From positions 38,065 through 102,064 of the forward strand of contig JAIXVU010000003.1 in NCBI GenBank assembly GCA_027482685.1: a stretch of 64,000 nucleotides of DNA, given 5' to 3'. The notes beneath the pieces are model-generated. The model was given only the letters and a program-made list of their open reading frames with translations. It did no database searches and was not told the origin of the DNA. Origin of the DNA: a bacterium (GTDB lineage: Bacteria; Patescibacteriota; Minisyncoccia; Phycocordibacterales; UBA5272). Below, piece after piece: positions 1 through 8,015 of this stretch; the first letter of the stretch is position 1, and every line of letters starts with the position of its first letter. The position numbers and the translations under genes were made by a program.

Positions 1-90
1 TAGCCAAGACAATTTTCTTAGTTGTATTGATTTAGTTTCAAGAATTTTTAGTCGAATTTTTAACTAATTACTAATAACCATTAACCAACC

Positions 91-1473
91 ATGTTAGACA
101 TTAAAGCCCTAAAAGTTGCTCTTGAGCAACTAGAACAAGAAAAGAAAATCGCTCATGAAAAAGTCGTAGATGCGGTAGAGAAATCCTTAGCCGCGGCATA
201 CCAAAAGGAATACGGTAAGCGTGGTCAGCTCGTACGTTGCGAGATTAACTTTGATACAGGTGAGACTCACTTTGAACAAGTAAAACTTGTTGTTGATGAG
301 ACTACCGTTCGCATGCCTATAGAAGGCGAGGAAGAAGCTGTTGATGAAAAGCCTGTAGAAGGTACAGAAGGCGAGGAACTCCTCCCACGGTATAACGAAG
401 AGCGTCATATTCTTCTTTCATCTGCAAAACTACTTAAGAAAAATGCAGAACTCGGTGAAGAGATTATCTTCCCTCTTGATAACAAGGATGACTTCGGTCG
501 TATCGCAGCTCAGACTGCAAAGCAGGTTATCGTACAGAAACTTCGCGAAGCAGAACGTGAAAGTATTGTCGGCGAATTTACCGACAAAGAAGAAACTATT
601 GTCTCAGGTATTGTGCAACGTGTTGAACGTGGCACAGCATTCATCGACCTTGGGCGCACAACAGCGATACTTCCTTTCGAAGAGCAGATCCCGTCAGAGA
701 GACTTCGCCCGGGAGAGCGTATTCGCGCGTACCTCTTTTCTATTGAAGAGGGATTCCGTGGGCTCTCTATCCGTCTTTCACGCACACATCCAAAATTCTT
801 GATTGAACTATTCAAAAATGAAAGTGCAGAAATTGCTCAAGGTGTTGTAGAGATAGTCTCAGTTGCTCGTGAACCAGGTAGTCGTTCAAAGATTGCAGTA
901 AAGTCAAACGATGAACGTATCGATCCAATTGGTGCATGTGTTGGCCAGCGTGGAGTACGTGTATCTGCTATCACTGATGAACTATCGGGTGAAAAGATTG
1001 ATGTCATTGAATGGTCACCGGATGCTCGTCGTTTTATTGCAACAGCACTTTCTCCTGCAAAAGTTATCTCTATTGAACTTATTGAGGAGGATAAAAAAGC
1101 AACAGTTACTGTTTCCCCTCTTGAGCAGTCACTAGCTATCGGTAAAGGCGGGCAGAACGTTCGCCTCGCTGCGAAGCTTACTGGTTGGAAGATTGATATC
1201 GTATCAGGCGGAGAGATGATTGCAGAAGTTGCAAATGATGGCACAATAACATCACAACTAGGCATTACGGATGAAACAGTAACAGAAGAAGTCGAAGAAG
1301 TGTTAGAAGCTCTCAATGTAACAGAAGCAGATGCTCCGAAGAACTCTGAAATAGAAGCAAGTACAGAAGTTGTAGAAGTCACAGCTGAAACTACAAGTGA
1401 TGAAGTGATTACAGAAACTACTCCAGAGGTCGTTGAAGAAGTTACTGAGGGAAAATCAGAAGGCCAAAAATAA
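91..1473 (+). CDS. nusA: transcription termination/antitermination factor NusA (with acidic C-terminal tail)
   Basis: N-terminal NusA domain (MLDIKALKVALEQLEQEK), S1 and tandem KH-like regions (GKGGQNVRLA), long E/T-rich acidic tail; ATG at 91 directly after AT-rich AACCATTAACC motif. Confidence 0.9.
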   Translation: MLDIKALKVALEQLEQEKKIAHEKVVDAVEKSLAAAYQKEYGKRGQLVRCEINFDTGETHFEQVKLVVDETTVRMPIEGEEEAVDEKPVEGTEGEELLPRYNEERHILLSSAKLLKKNAELGEEIIFPLDNKDDFGRIAAQTAKQVIVQKLREAERESIVGEFTDKEETIVSGIVQRVERGTAFIDLGRTTAILPFEEQIPSERLRPGERIRAYLFSIEEGFRGLSIRLSRTHPKFLIELFKNESAEIAQGVVEIVSVAREPGSRSKIAVKSNDERIDPIGACVGQRGVRVSAITDELSGEKIDVIEWSPDARRFIATALSPAKVISIELIEEDKKATVTVSPLEQSLAIGKGGQNVRLAAKLTGWKIDIVSGGEMIAEVANDGTITSQLGITDETVTEEVEEVLEALNVTEADAPKNSEIEASTEVVEVTAETTSDEVITETTPEVVEEVTEGKSEGQK

Positions 1474-1522
1474 GTATTGCATTATACTATTAACTATTAA
1501 CCACTAACTATTGACCATTCCT

Positions 1523-2056
1523 ATGAATTTACTCCATGACATTTCTTCAGGAAAAAATACTCCTGATGTCATCACTGTTATTGTAGAAATTAACAAAGGC
1601 TCAAAGAACAAGTATGAGCTTGATAAAGAGTCAGGTCTAATTAAACTTGATCGTGTCATGCATACTTCCCAAGATTATCCTTTTGACTATGGGTTTGTTC
1701 CGCAGACTCATTGGCATGACGGTGATCCTCTTGATGTTGTGCTCATCACAACATACCCTCTTATCCCAGGTATATTACTCGATGCTCGTCCAGTTGGTGT
1801 AATGGATATGATAGATAACGGTGAGAGTGATGCGAAGATTATCGCAGTACCAGTAGATGACCCACGTTTCAAAGATGTGAAAGACCTGTCAGATGTGAAT
1901 GCTCATACAATAGAAGAGATCAAGCATTTCTTTGAGACATACAAACAGATACAAAACAAAGTTGTAACTATCCCAACTATCCGTGATGTAGCAGCAGCTA
2001 AAGAAGTTATCCTAGAATCAATTGCATTATATAAGAAAGAATTCAACAAAAATTAA
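1523..2056 (+). CDS. ppa: inorganic pyrophosphatase
   Basis: DYPFDYGFVPQT...DGDPLDVVLI signature of family I PPase; ORF track starts at TTG 1511, ATG at 1523 (MNLLHD) preferred. Confidence 0.88.
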   Translation: MNLLHDISSGKNTPDVITVIVEINKGSKNKYELDKESGLIKLDRVMHTSQDYPFDYGFVPQTHWHDGDPLDVVLITTYPLIPGILLDARPVGVMDMIDNGESDAKIIAVPVDDPRFKDVKDLSDVNAHTIEEIKHFFETYKQIQNKVVTIPTIRDVAAAKEVILESIALYKKEFNKN

Positions 2057-2100
2057 AACAATCGTATTTTCTGATATGTGCAGTAATTCAATTTCTGCAC

Positions 2101-2140
2101 TTAACCATTAACTATCAACCATTAACTATTAATCGTTCCC
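2101..2140 (+). promoter_or_regulatory. AT-rich tandem motif TTAACCATTAACTATCAACCATTAACTATTAA directly upstream of tig ATG (family I leader/promoter motif)
   Basis: same (A)ACYAWTAAC tandem motif immediately precedes ATG of nusA (61-90), ppa (1487-1520), clpP (7401-7420), rpsG (30901-30925), fusA (31966-31995), rpsS (42529-42548), rplN (44640-44678), rpsN (49231-49260) and efp (62113-62150, minus). Confidence 0.5.
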
Positions 2141-3256
2141 ATGAAAATCGAAAAGAAAAATCTCCCAAAATCAGAAGTCGAATTTACAGTAGCGCTCTCC
2201 CCAGAAGAACTTGAGGTGTATCGCAGCAAGGCTTTTACAAACATCCAAAAATCAGTCGAGATAGACGGTTTCCGTAAAGGTAATGTTCCAGAGGATATCA
2301 TCGTAAAACATTACGGTGATATGATTATCTTAGAAGAGATGGCGAATCTTGCACTCCGTGATGTATATATGAAGGCCATTGATGAACACAAGATCAACCC
2401 AGTTGCTGAACCAACAATTTCAGTTACTAAGCTTGCGAAAGGCAATCCTTTTGAAGTAACTATCACAGTCCCTGTATTACCTGAAGTAGTTATCCCTGAT
2501 TACAAGAAAGTTGCAATTGGTGCTACCAAGGACGAAGAGAAGGTAGAAGTTACCGAAAAAGATGTCGATGATGTTATCGAGGAGCTTCGCAAGGGCCGCG
2601 CTACACAACACAACCATGAACTCCCGCATGACCACGATCATTCACATGATGGACATGACCATCATGATCACGAGGGCCACGATCACGCACATGATCATGA
2701 AGTAAAAGAAGGTGAAGCAAAAGTAGAACCAGCCCTTCCCCCGCTTGATGATGATTTTGCAAAAAGTTTCGGCGACACCTTTACAACTGTTCAAGAGCTA
2801 AAGGCAAAAATTAAAGAAAATCTACAATTAGAAAAGGAGCAAAAAGCTCGCGAGAAGCGTCGTATGGCAATCATGGAGAAGTTGGTTGCAGAATCAAAAG
2901 CTGATCTACCAGATGCGTTAGTTGAAAGCGAACTTACAACAATGCTTGGACAGATGAAGGCTGATATTACAAAGTTTGGCGGAACGTGGGAGGACTATCT
3001 CGCTCACAGTAAAAAAACCGAAGATGAGATCAAGAAAGACTGGAGAAATGACGCAGTAAAGCGTTCTATGAGCCAGCTTATCCTACACAAGATTGCAGAA
3101 CATGAGAAGTTGCAAGCAACTGACGAAGAGATAGAAGTAGAGCTTGTAAGACTAATGGCGCAAATTCAAGATGCTGATGAGAATAGGGCAAAAGCTTACC
3201 TCTATCAAGCGCTTACCAACGAAAAGGTATTAAAGTTTTTGGAAGAAAGCAAATAA
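2141..3256 (+). CDS. tig: trigger factor (short form, with His-rich insertion)
   Basis: N-terminal ribosome-binding domain with GFRKGNVP motif; 371 aa (shorter than canonical ~430 aa); His/Asp-rich block HNHELPHDHDHSHDGHDHHDHEGHDHAHDHE. Confidence 0.8.
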   Translation: MKIEKKNLPKSEVEFTVALSPEELEVYRSKAFTNIQKSVEIDGFRKGNVPEDIIVKHYGDMIILEEMANLALRDVYMKAIDEHKINPVAEPTISVTKLAKGNPFEVTITVPVLPEVVIPDYKKVAIGATKDEEKVEVTEKDVDDVIEELRKGRATQHNHELPHDHDHSHDGHDHHDHEGHDHAHDHEVKEGEAKVEPALPPLDDDFAKSFGDTFTTVQELKAKIKENLQLEKEQKAREKRRMAIMEKLVAESKADLPDALVESELTTMLGQMKADITKFGGTWEDYLAHSKKTEDEIKKDWRNDAVKRSMSQLILHKIAEHEKLQATDEEIEVELVRLMAQIQDADENRAKAYLYQALTNEKVLKFLEESK

Positions 3257-3413
3257 CCGAGCTAGTATTTGGCGTACTCATTGTTGTATTTGTGAAAATA
3301 TTCTTCACTGTACAACTTAGTACACCTCATCATATTTTCACAAATACAACTTCGGATTCCATCCAAATACTAACTCTGCTGATGTAGCGTTTCTTATTGG
3401 GATACAAAGAACT

Positions 3414-3449
3414 AAAAGAGCGACGCCATAGGCGCCGCTCTTTTATTTT
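3414..3449. terminator. bidirectional Rho-independent terminator hairpin (GCGACGCC-ATAGG-CGCCGCTC) between convergent tig and yvcK-like genes
   Basis: GC-rich perfect stem flanked by A-run and T-run. Confidence 0.7.
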
Positions 3450-3482
3450 AGATATATATTAAACTTCTGCGCGAGAGATGAA

Positions 3483-4499
3483 TTAATCAGGCAAAAGAAT
3501 ACTTTCTTTTGGCGTAGAAGCATTATGAATTATTTTTTGTATGACCATGCCTAGTTTATCAGAATCATGACGGATGAAACTGCGGAGGTGCGCGATACTA
3601 TCTTTTGGATTGTAGGGTGTTATATAGTGTGAGATGAGAGATTCTGTAACCATGCGAGTATCATGTGGCGTAGTGTTTTGGGTCAGCACACCATCACCTT
3701 CTTGTAACTCATACGCTTCTACCTGCTCTTTACTTGGGGCTTCGGTATTAACTAGGATGTAGTCAGCGCTTTTACCAGTATAGTTTTCTATATCTTTAAC
3801 GTAATCTGCAACAGTCCAGTTAAGTGTATGCCCCTTCTTGTTAGTTAAGTTAGGAATATAGATAATCTTTGTACTACTTTTTGCAAAGGCTTCGCGACAT
3901 CCTGTAACAATGAGGTTAGGTAGTATAGAGCAGTAATGGTTACCAGGGCCGATGATTATGTAATCAGCCTCTATGATTGCATAAGATGCATGAGGATTAA
4001 TTGTTACTGTCTCATCAAGATAAAGTTCTTGGATGGTATTTTCCTTGAAGTTCGTCTGATTAAGAGTATCTTCACCAGTTACGTTATCGCCATTACTTAA
4101 GATTGCATGAAGTGTTGCGATACAGTCAGTTATTGGTAAGACGCGACCACGAACTTTCAGAATATCACTAGCTACTTCTACCCCTTGTGTAAATGATCCT
4201 GTTACTTTTTCTAACCCGGCGAGTAGTATATTACCGAAATTATGTCCAGATAAACCTCCATCTTGGAATCTGTATGACATTAGTTTGCGTACTATCTCTT
4301 GTTGTTCTGAAAGGGCTACGAGACATTGTCGTGCATCCCCTGGAGGAAGCACTCCTAGCTCATCTCGTAATACTCCAGTTGATCCACCATCATCTGTCAT
4401 CGCAACAATAGCGGATATCTCTATATCAGGAATATTCTTAATCCCAGTGAGAAGGGTATAACTCCCCGTTCCCCCACCAATTGTCACTACTTTTTTCAT
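3483..4499 (-). CDS. YvcK/CofD-like (UPF0052, gluconeogenesis factor family) protein
   Basis: MKKVVTIGGGTGSYTLLTGIK...DDGGSTGVLRDELGVLPPGDARQC signature; start placed at internal ATG (MKKVV). Confidence 0.75.
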   Translation of the reverse strand: MKKVVTIGGGTGSYTLLTGIKNIPDIEISAIVAMTDDGGSTGVLRDELGVLPPGDARQCLVALSEQQEIVRKLMSYRFQDGGLSGHNFGNILLAGLEKVTGSFTQGVEVASDILKVRGRVLPITDCIATLHAILSNGDNVTGEDTLNQTNFKENTIQELYLDETVTINPHASYAIIEADYIIIGPGNHYCSILPNLIVTGCREAFAKSSTKIIYIPNLTNKKGHTLNWTVADYVKDIENYTGKSADYILVNTEAPSKEQVEAYELQEGDGVLTQNTTPHDTRMVTESLISHYITPYNPKDSIAHLRSFIRHDSDKLGMVIQKIIHNASTPKESILLPD

Positions 4500-4629
4500 G
4501 TGGGTATATCCTAACATATATATCTATAATGCAAAAAATTGTAAAATCACCAAACGTTTCAATAAAAAACAATATAAAAAGCGTCATATGACGCTTTTTA
4601 TATTCTAAATTGGCAGAATATTTTAAGGG

Positions 4630-5007
4630 TTATTTCTTCCCATGCTTCACACAGTCATCACATGTGCACTTAATTGCAGCTAGAATACCTCCGATAATTG
4701 CGACATTTTTAAGCGCTGCAGTCATCTGCGTTTGGTCACCAATATTTCCATGAACAAGGATAGTTGCAAGAGCGGTAAATGCTATAAGTATCCATCCTGT
4801 TATTCTTGTTTTGTAACCATAAGCAAAAGCAAGCGCAACAGGAATCTCGATTAAAATAACTATAATAGCAGCTAATTCTGGAAATGGGACACCAAGTCCT
4901 CCAATATCAGAAACTGTTTTAGCGAAGTTTGTAAGTTTCCCAACACCAGCAAGTACGAAAAGTAATGCAATGAGCACACGAGAGACGAGAGCGTAATTGA
5001 TCTTCAT
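4630..5007 (-). CDS. DoxX family membrane protein
   Basis: small 4-TM protein, VLIALLFVLAGVGKL DoxX-like N-terminus. Confidence 0.6.
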   Translation of the reverse strand: MKINYALVSRVLIALLFVLAGVGKLTNFAKTVSDIGGLGVPFPELAAIIVILIEIPVALAFAYGYKTRITGWILIAFTALATILVHGNIGDQTQMTAALKNVAIIGGILAAIKCTCDDCVKHGKK

Positions 5008-5085
5008 ATAAAAAAGTATCTAATTAGTAATGCCTTTATAAGGTATTCTAAGTATAGCATCTAGACCCTCTGCCAACCCCTACTG

Positions 5086-5781
5086 TTACGCACAGGTATA
5101 CGCACAAGCGACAATAGCAGCTGTTTCAGCGCGTAATGTTGTTAACCCAAGCGAAAGTGCTCGTATATTATTAGTGGCGAAGATCTCAACTTCTGCTGGA
5201 CTCCACCCACCTTCAGGTCCAATGAATAGTCCTACAGACTCTTTACTTAACGTATGCACAACATCTTGTATACCGAAACCTCCCATTTGCAATACGTAGC
5301 AGATATCGTTTTTTGACTTATTTTGCAGGATTGTTTGTAAATTCTGTATTGGAAGAATAGTAACTCTATCTCCGCGACCGCATTGTTCTAACGCTTCACG
5401 TGCAATAGTTTCTAGTCGAGATAGGTTAAGATTCTTCTTTTCTGCTCGTTCGGTTATTACAGGCACAATCGTAGATATCCCAAGCTCAGTAGCCTTTTGA
5501 ACTACAAGCTCGAAAAGATCTTTCTTGATAACAGAAAGGTAAAGAGTTACGTTACGCTTAGGTATGATTGAAGGAGACTGCTTCGTGCGTATCAGATGGC
5601 ATGATGATGGACTAACAGATGATAATTGATAAGTAACGTCAGAGCCTTCTCCGTTAAAGAGAATAACAAAATCGCCTTGTGTATATCTAAACACTTTTAT
5701 CCACTGTTTAATTGTAGGAACATCATTTATAACAACATCTTCACCAAGGGGTTGTGATACATAGAAGCGATGTAATCGCAT
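5086..5781 (-). CDS. rsmE: 16S rRNA (uracil1498-N3)-methyltransferase RsmE
   Basis: MRLHRFYV start typical of RsmE; C-terminal LFIGPEGGWSPAEVE...LGLTTLRAETAAI SPOUT motif; start moved to ATG 5779-5781 (ORF track has N-terminal extension). Confidence 0.8.
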   Translation of the reverse strand: MRLHRFYVSQPLGEDVVINDVPTIKQWIKVFRYTQGDFVILFNGEGSDVTYQLSSVSPSSCHLIRTKQSPSIIPKRNVTLYLSVIKKDLFELVVQKATELGISTIVPVITERAEKKNLNLSRLETIAREALEQCGRGDRVTILPIQNLQTILQNKSKNDICYVLQMGGFGIQDVVHTLSKESVGLFIGPEGGWSPAEVEIFATNNIRALSLGLTTLRAETAAIVACAYTCA

Positions 5782-6274
5782 GTACTCTACACTACCGATT
5801 CCAAAAAGACATTGCAATATAATAGAAAAGACAATCTTTTTAAAATTAACCACCTGCTGTATTATTTGTAAAAGTTTTATAAAGGACTTATCCACAGTTA
5901 TCCACATAAGGACACTTGCATGTAAAAGACATTAGAGATACTATTAAGGACAGGGTAGATGACGTTAGTAAAAACGCTCACCCGTGCGTTAATCGGGCAA
6001 CTAGTTTACGCACCTCATCTACCACAATTGTTCTTTCCATCGTGGCCCACAAGTTTCTCATTAGGAGCCACCTAATATATGTTTCGCAGAGTTTTTATTC
6101 TCTATTTATAAGCTTTTAGGATGTGAAATCCCATGTAGCTATAACTCTCTTTTAAGAGACATCCCCTGCATTGTGTGTATGAACTATGTTCGTGCCTACA
6201 ATGCAGGGGATTTCTTATTTCCGAATATTGTCTTTTTAATATATAAGTACTAATCTAAGTTTGATAAACAAAAA

Positions 6275-6298
6275 GGGCGGACGCTTGCGCGTCCGCCC
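6275..6298 (-). terminator. Rho-independent terminator (GGGCGGACGC-ttgc-GCGTCCGCCC) downstream of membrane-protein gene
   Basis: 10-bp GC stem followed by T-run on minus strand. Confidence 0.7.
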
Positions 6299-6310
6299 CA
6301 GACCACATGG

Positions 6311-7090
6311 TTACGTGATCTTTTTCCTCGGGATCATGATGATCCCGAGTATCGCAGTTACCACTGCGACCTGGAACCCCCACCCAGCAAGCTGGTAAAG
6401 TGATTCCACTTCGAGGTACCGAATGGCAACCCAAAGGAGAATCAGGCCCACCGTCAGCTGAAGGAAGAAGTTCAGCTTCTTCCACCCGCCTGCTTTCACA
6501 AAGATCGCGGCGAGGAGGGAGAGGAGGAGGATTGCTTGCGTGCCCACCTGCCAGTTGTTCATCATCGAGAAGATGAACAGAACAGCAGAAGTGCCAATCC
6601 ACACCAAGTTCCAGTGCTTCCGTAGGAACGGAAGGGCAGTGTCTTTGCACCACGTCCACATGTCGTCTCCCTTCTTGTGGTGGATGATGGCACAGGCGAT
6701 GCCGGCGATGATCATCACAACCCCTAGATAGATGTTGCCAGAAATCAGCAACAGCATACCGAGAATCGGTAGAATCCACATCCCCCACTGAACAGGCGTC
6801 CAGTTGGGGAGGAAATTCCTTAGGCTCTTGCTCGCCCGCACCGGACTCGAATGCGCGGTGCGCGGTGCGTAACTGCCACCAGCTGGCGTAGTACGCATGC
6901 GGGGTGTGGCCACGCTCGCCCACAGTTCTTGTCCCGTCGTGGTCCAGCGGATGAACCAGTAGCAGGACAAGATCAAAGCTGGGATGAAAAACCACCCCGC
7001 TCGTGCAAAGTCTCCCAAAACGAGAGACGTCAGCGTTGCTGACAGGAAGAAGGCAGCGAATAAAAGGGAAAATTTTTGAAACTTGACCAA
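6311..7090 (-). CDS. hypothetical multi-pass membrane protein in GC-rich island
   Basis: hydrophobic N-terminus and several TM-like segments, Pro/Ser/Thr/Arg-rich linker; region visibly GC-richer than flanks; the 296-aa overlapping ORF in another frame looks like a shadow ORF. Confidence 0.55.
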   Translation of the reverse strand: MVKFQKFSLLFAAFFLSATLTSLVLGDFARAGWFFIPALILSCYWFIRWTTTGQELWASVATPRMRTTPAGGSYAPRTAHSSPVRASKSLRNFLPNWTPVQWGMWILPILGMLLLISGNIYLGVVMIIAGIACAIIHHKKGDDMWTWCKDTALPFLRKHWNLVWIGTSAVLFIFSMMNNWQVGTQAILLLSLLAAIFVKAGGWKKLNFFLQLTVGLILLWVAIRYLEVESLYQLAGWGFQVAVVTAILGIIMIPRKKIT

Positions 7091-7426
7091 GACGGCCTCC
7101 GTAAATGTTGATGATGTCGCAAGTCGTAGACTTGCGATAGCTCAATGTACAAATGTTAGGAATGTCATTACAACACCCCCAACAACTGGTACTATTATAG
7201 CATAAAAAGTATATTTTGTCAATAAATACAAGCCTTATAATATATGGTATATTTCGAGTATCTACTGAACATCAGAAACGATAGAATAACCGTTATATAT
7301 CATAGTAAAGCCTGTATTTGCATTCCATTTTTGATTTTGAAATAGTTGTTACATTAATCATCAACCCTAGTAAGCCCGAGAAAGATGTAACTTCTAGTAC
7401 CTATTAACCATTAACTATTCACTCTC

Positions 7427-8014
7427 ATGTTAATCCCTACTGTTATAGAAAAAAGCCAATTCGGCGAGCGAGCGTATGACATTTACTCACGACTTCTCAA
7501 AGAGCGTATTATCTTCCTTCATGATGAAGTTAACCAAAATACAGCATCACTTGTTGTTGCCCAACTCCTTTTCTTAGAATCTGAAGATCCAAAGAAAGAT
7601 ATCACGCTCTATATCAACTCCCCTGGCGGTAGTATCCAGGCTGGCATGGCAATTATTGATACCATGCATCATATCAAGCCTGATGTTGCAACAGTGTGTA
7701 CCGGTATGGCAGCGTCAATGGGTGCGATGATACTCTCACAAGGCGCAAAAGGTAAGCGTTATGTACTACCAAACTCAGAAGTTATGATCCACCAGCCATT
7801 AACTGGTGTCGAGGGTCAGGCATCTGATATTGAAATAACAGCAAAGCACATTCTACGCCTAAAAGATAAGCTCTATGAAATGTTAGCCGACGCAACAGGA
7901 AAATCAAAAGCACAGATAGAAAAGGATAGCGACCGCGACTACTGGATGTCATCTGATGAAGCAAAGAAGTACGGCATAGTAGATCAGATTCTCAAGCCAA
8001 AACTTTCAAAATAG
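7427..8014 (+). CDS. clpP: ATP-dependent Clp protease proteolytic subunit
   Basis: [18 protein letters not shown] and [11 protein letters not shown] active-site motifs. Confidence 0.93.
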   Translation: MLIPTVIEKSQFGERAYDIYSRLLKERIIFLHDEVNQNTASLVVAQLLFLESEDPKKDITLYINSPGGSIQAGMAIIDTMHHIKPDVATVCTGMAASMGAMILSQGAKGKRYVLPNSEVMIHQPLTGVEGQASDIEITAKHILRLKDKLYEMLADATGKSKAQIEKDSDRDYWMSSDEAKKYGIVDQILKPKLSK

Positions 8015-8015
8015 T

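Noticed and set aside
5888-5906. Possibility that the tandem DnaA boxes mark the chromosomal origin (oriC)
   Set aside because: Only two boxes, no dnaA/dnaN nearby, and no AT-rich DUE-like 13-mer repeats noticed. More likely a DnaA-regulated promoter. Kept as a low-confidence note only.
5916-6119. 67-aa ORF in the rsmE upstream intergenic region
   Set aside because: No start context, and the region shows RNA-like secondary structure and a terminator. More plausibly non-coding.
6255-7145. 296-aa ORF on minus strand overlapping the 259-aa membrane-protein ORF in another frame
   Set aside because: The translation is low-complexity and Arg/Pro/Cys-rich, typical of an alternative-frame shadow ORF in GC-rich DNA. 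The 259-aa frame gives coherent TM helices.
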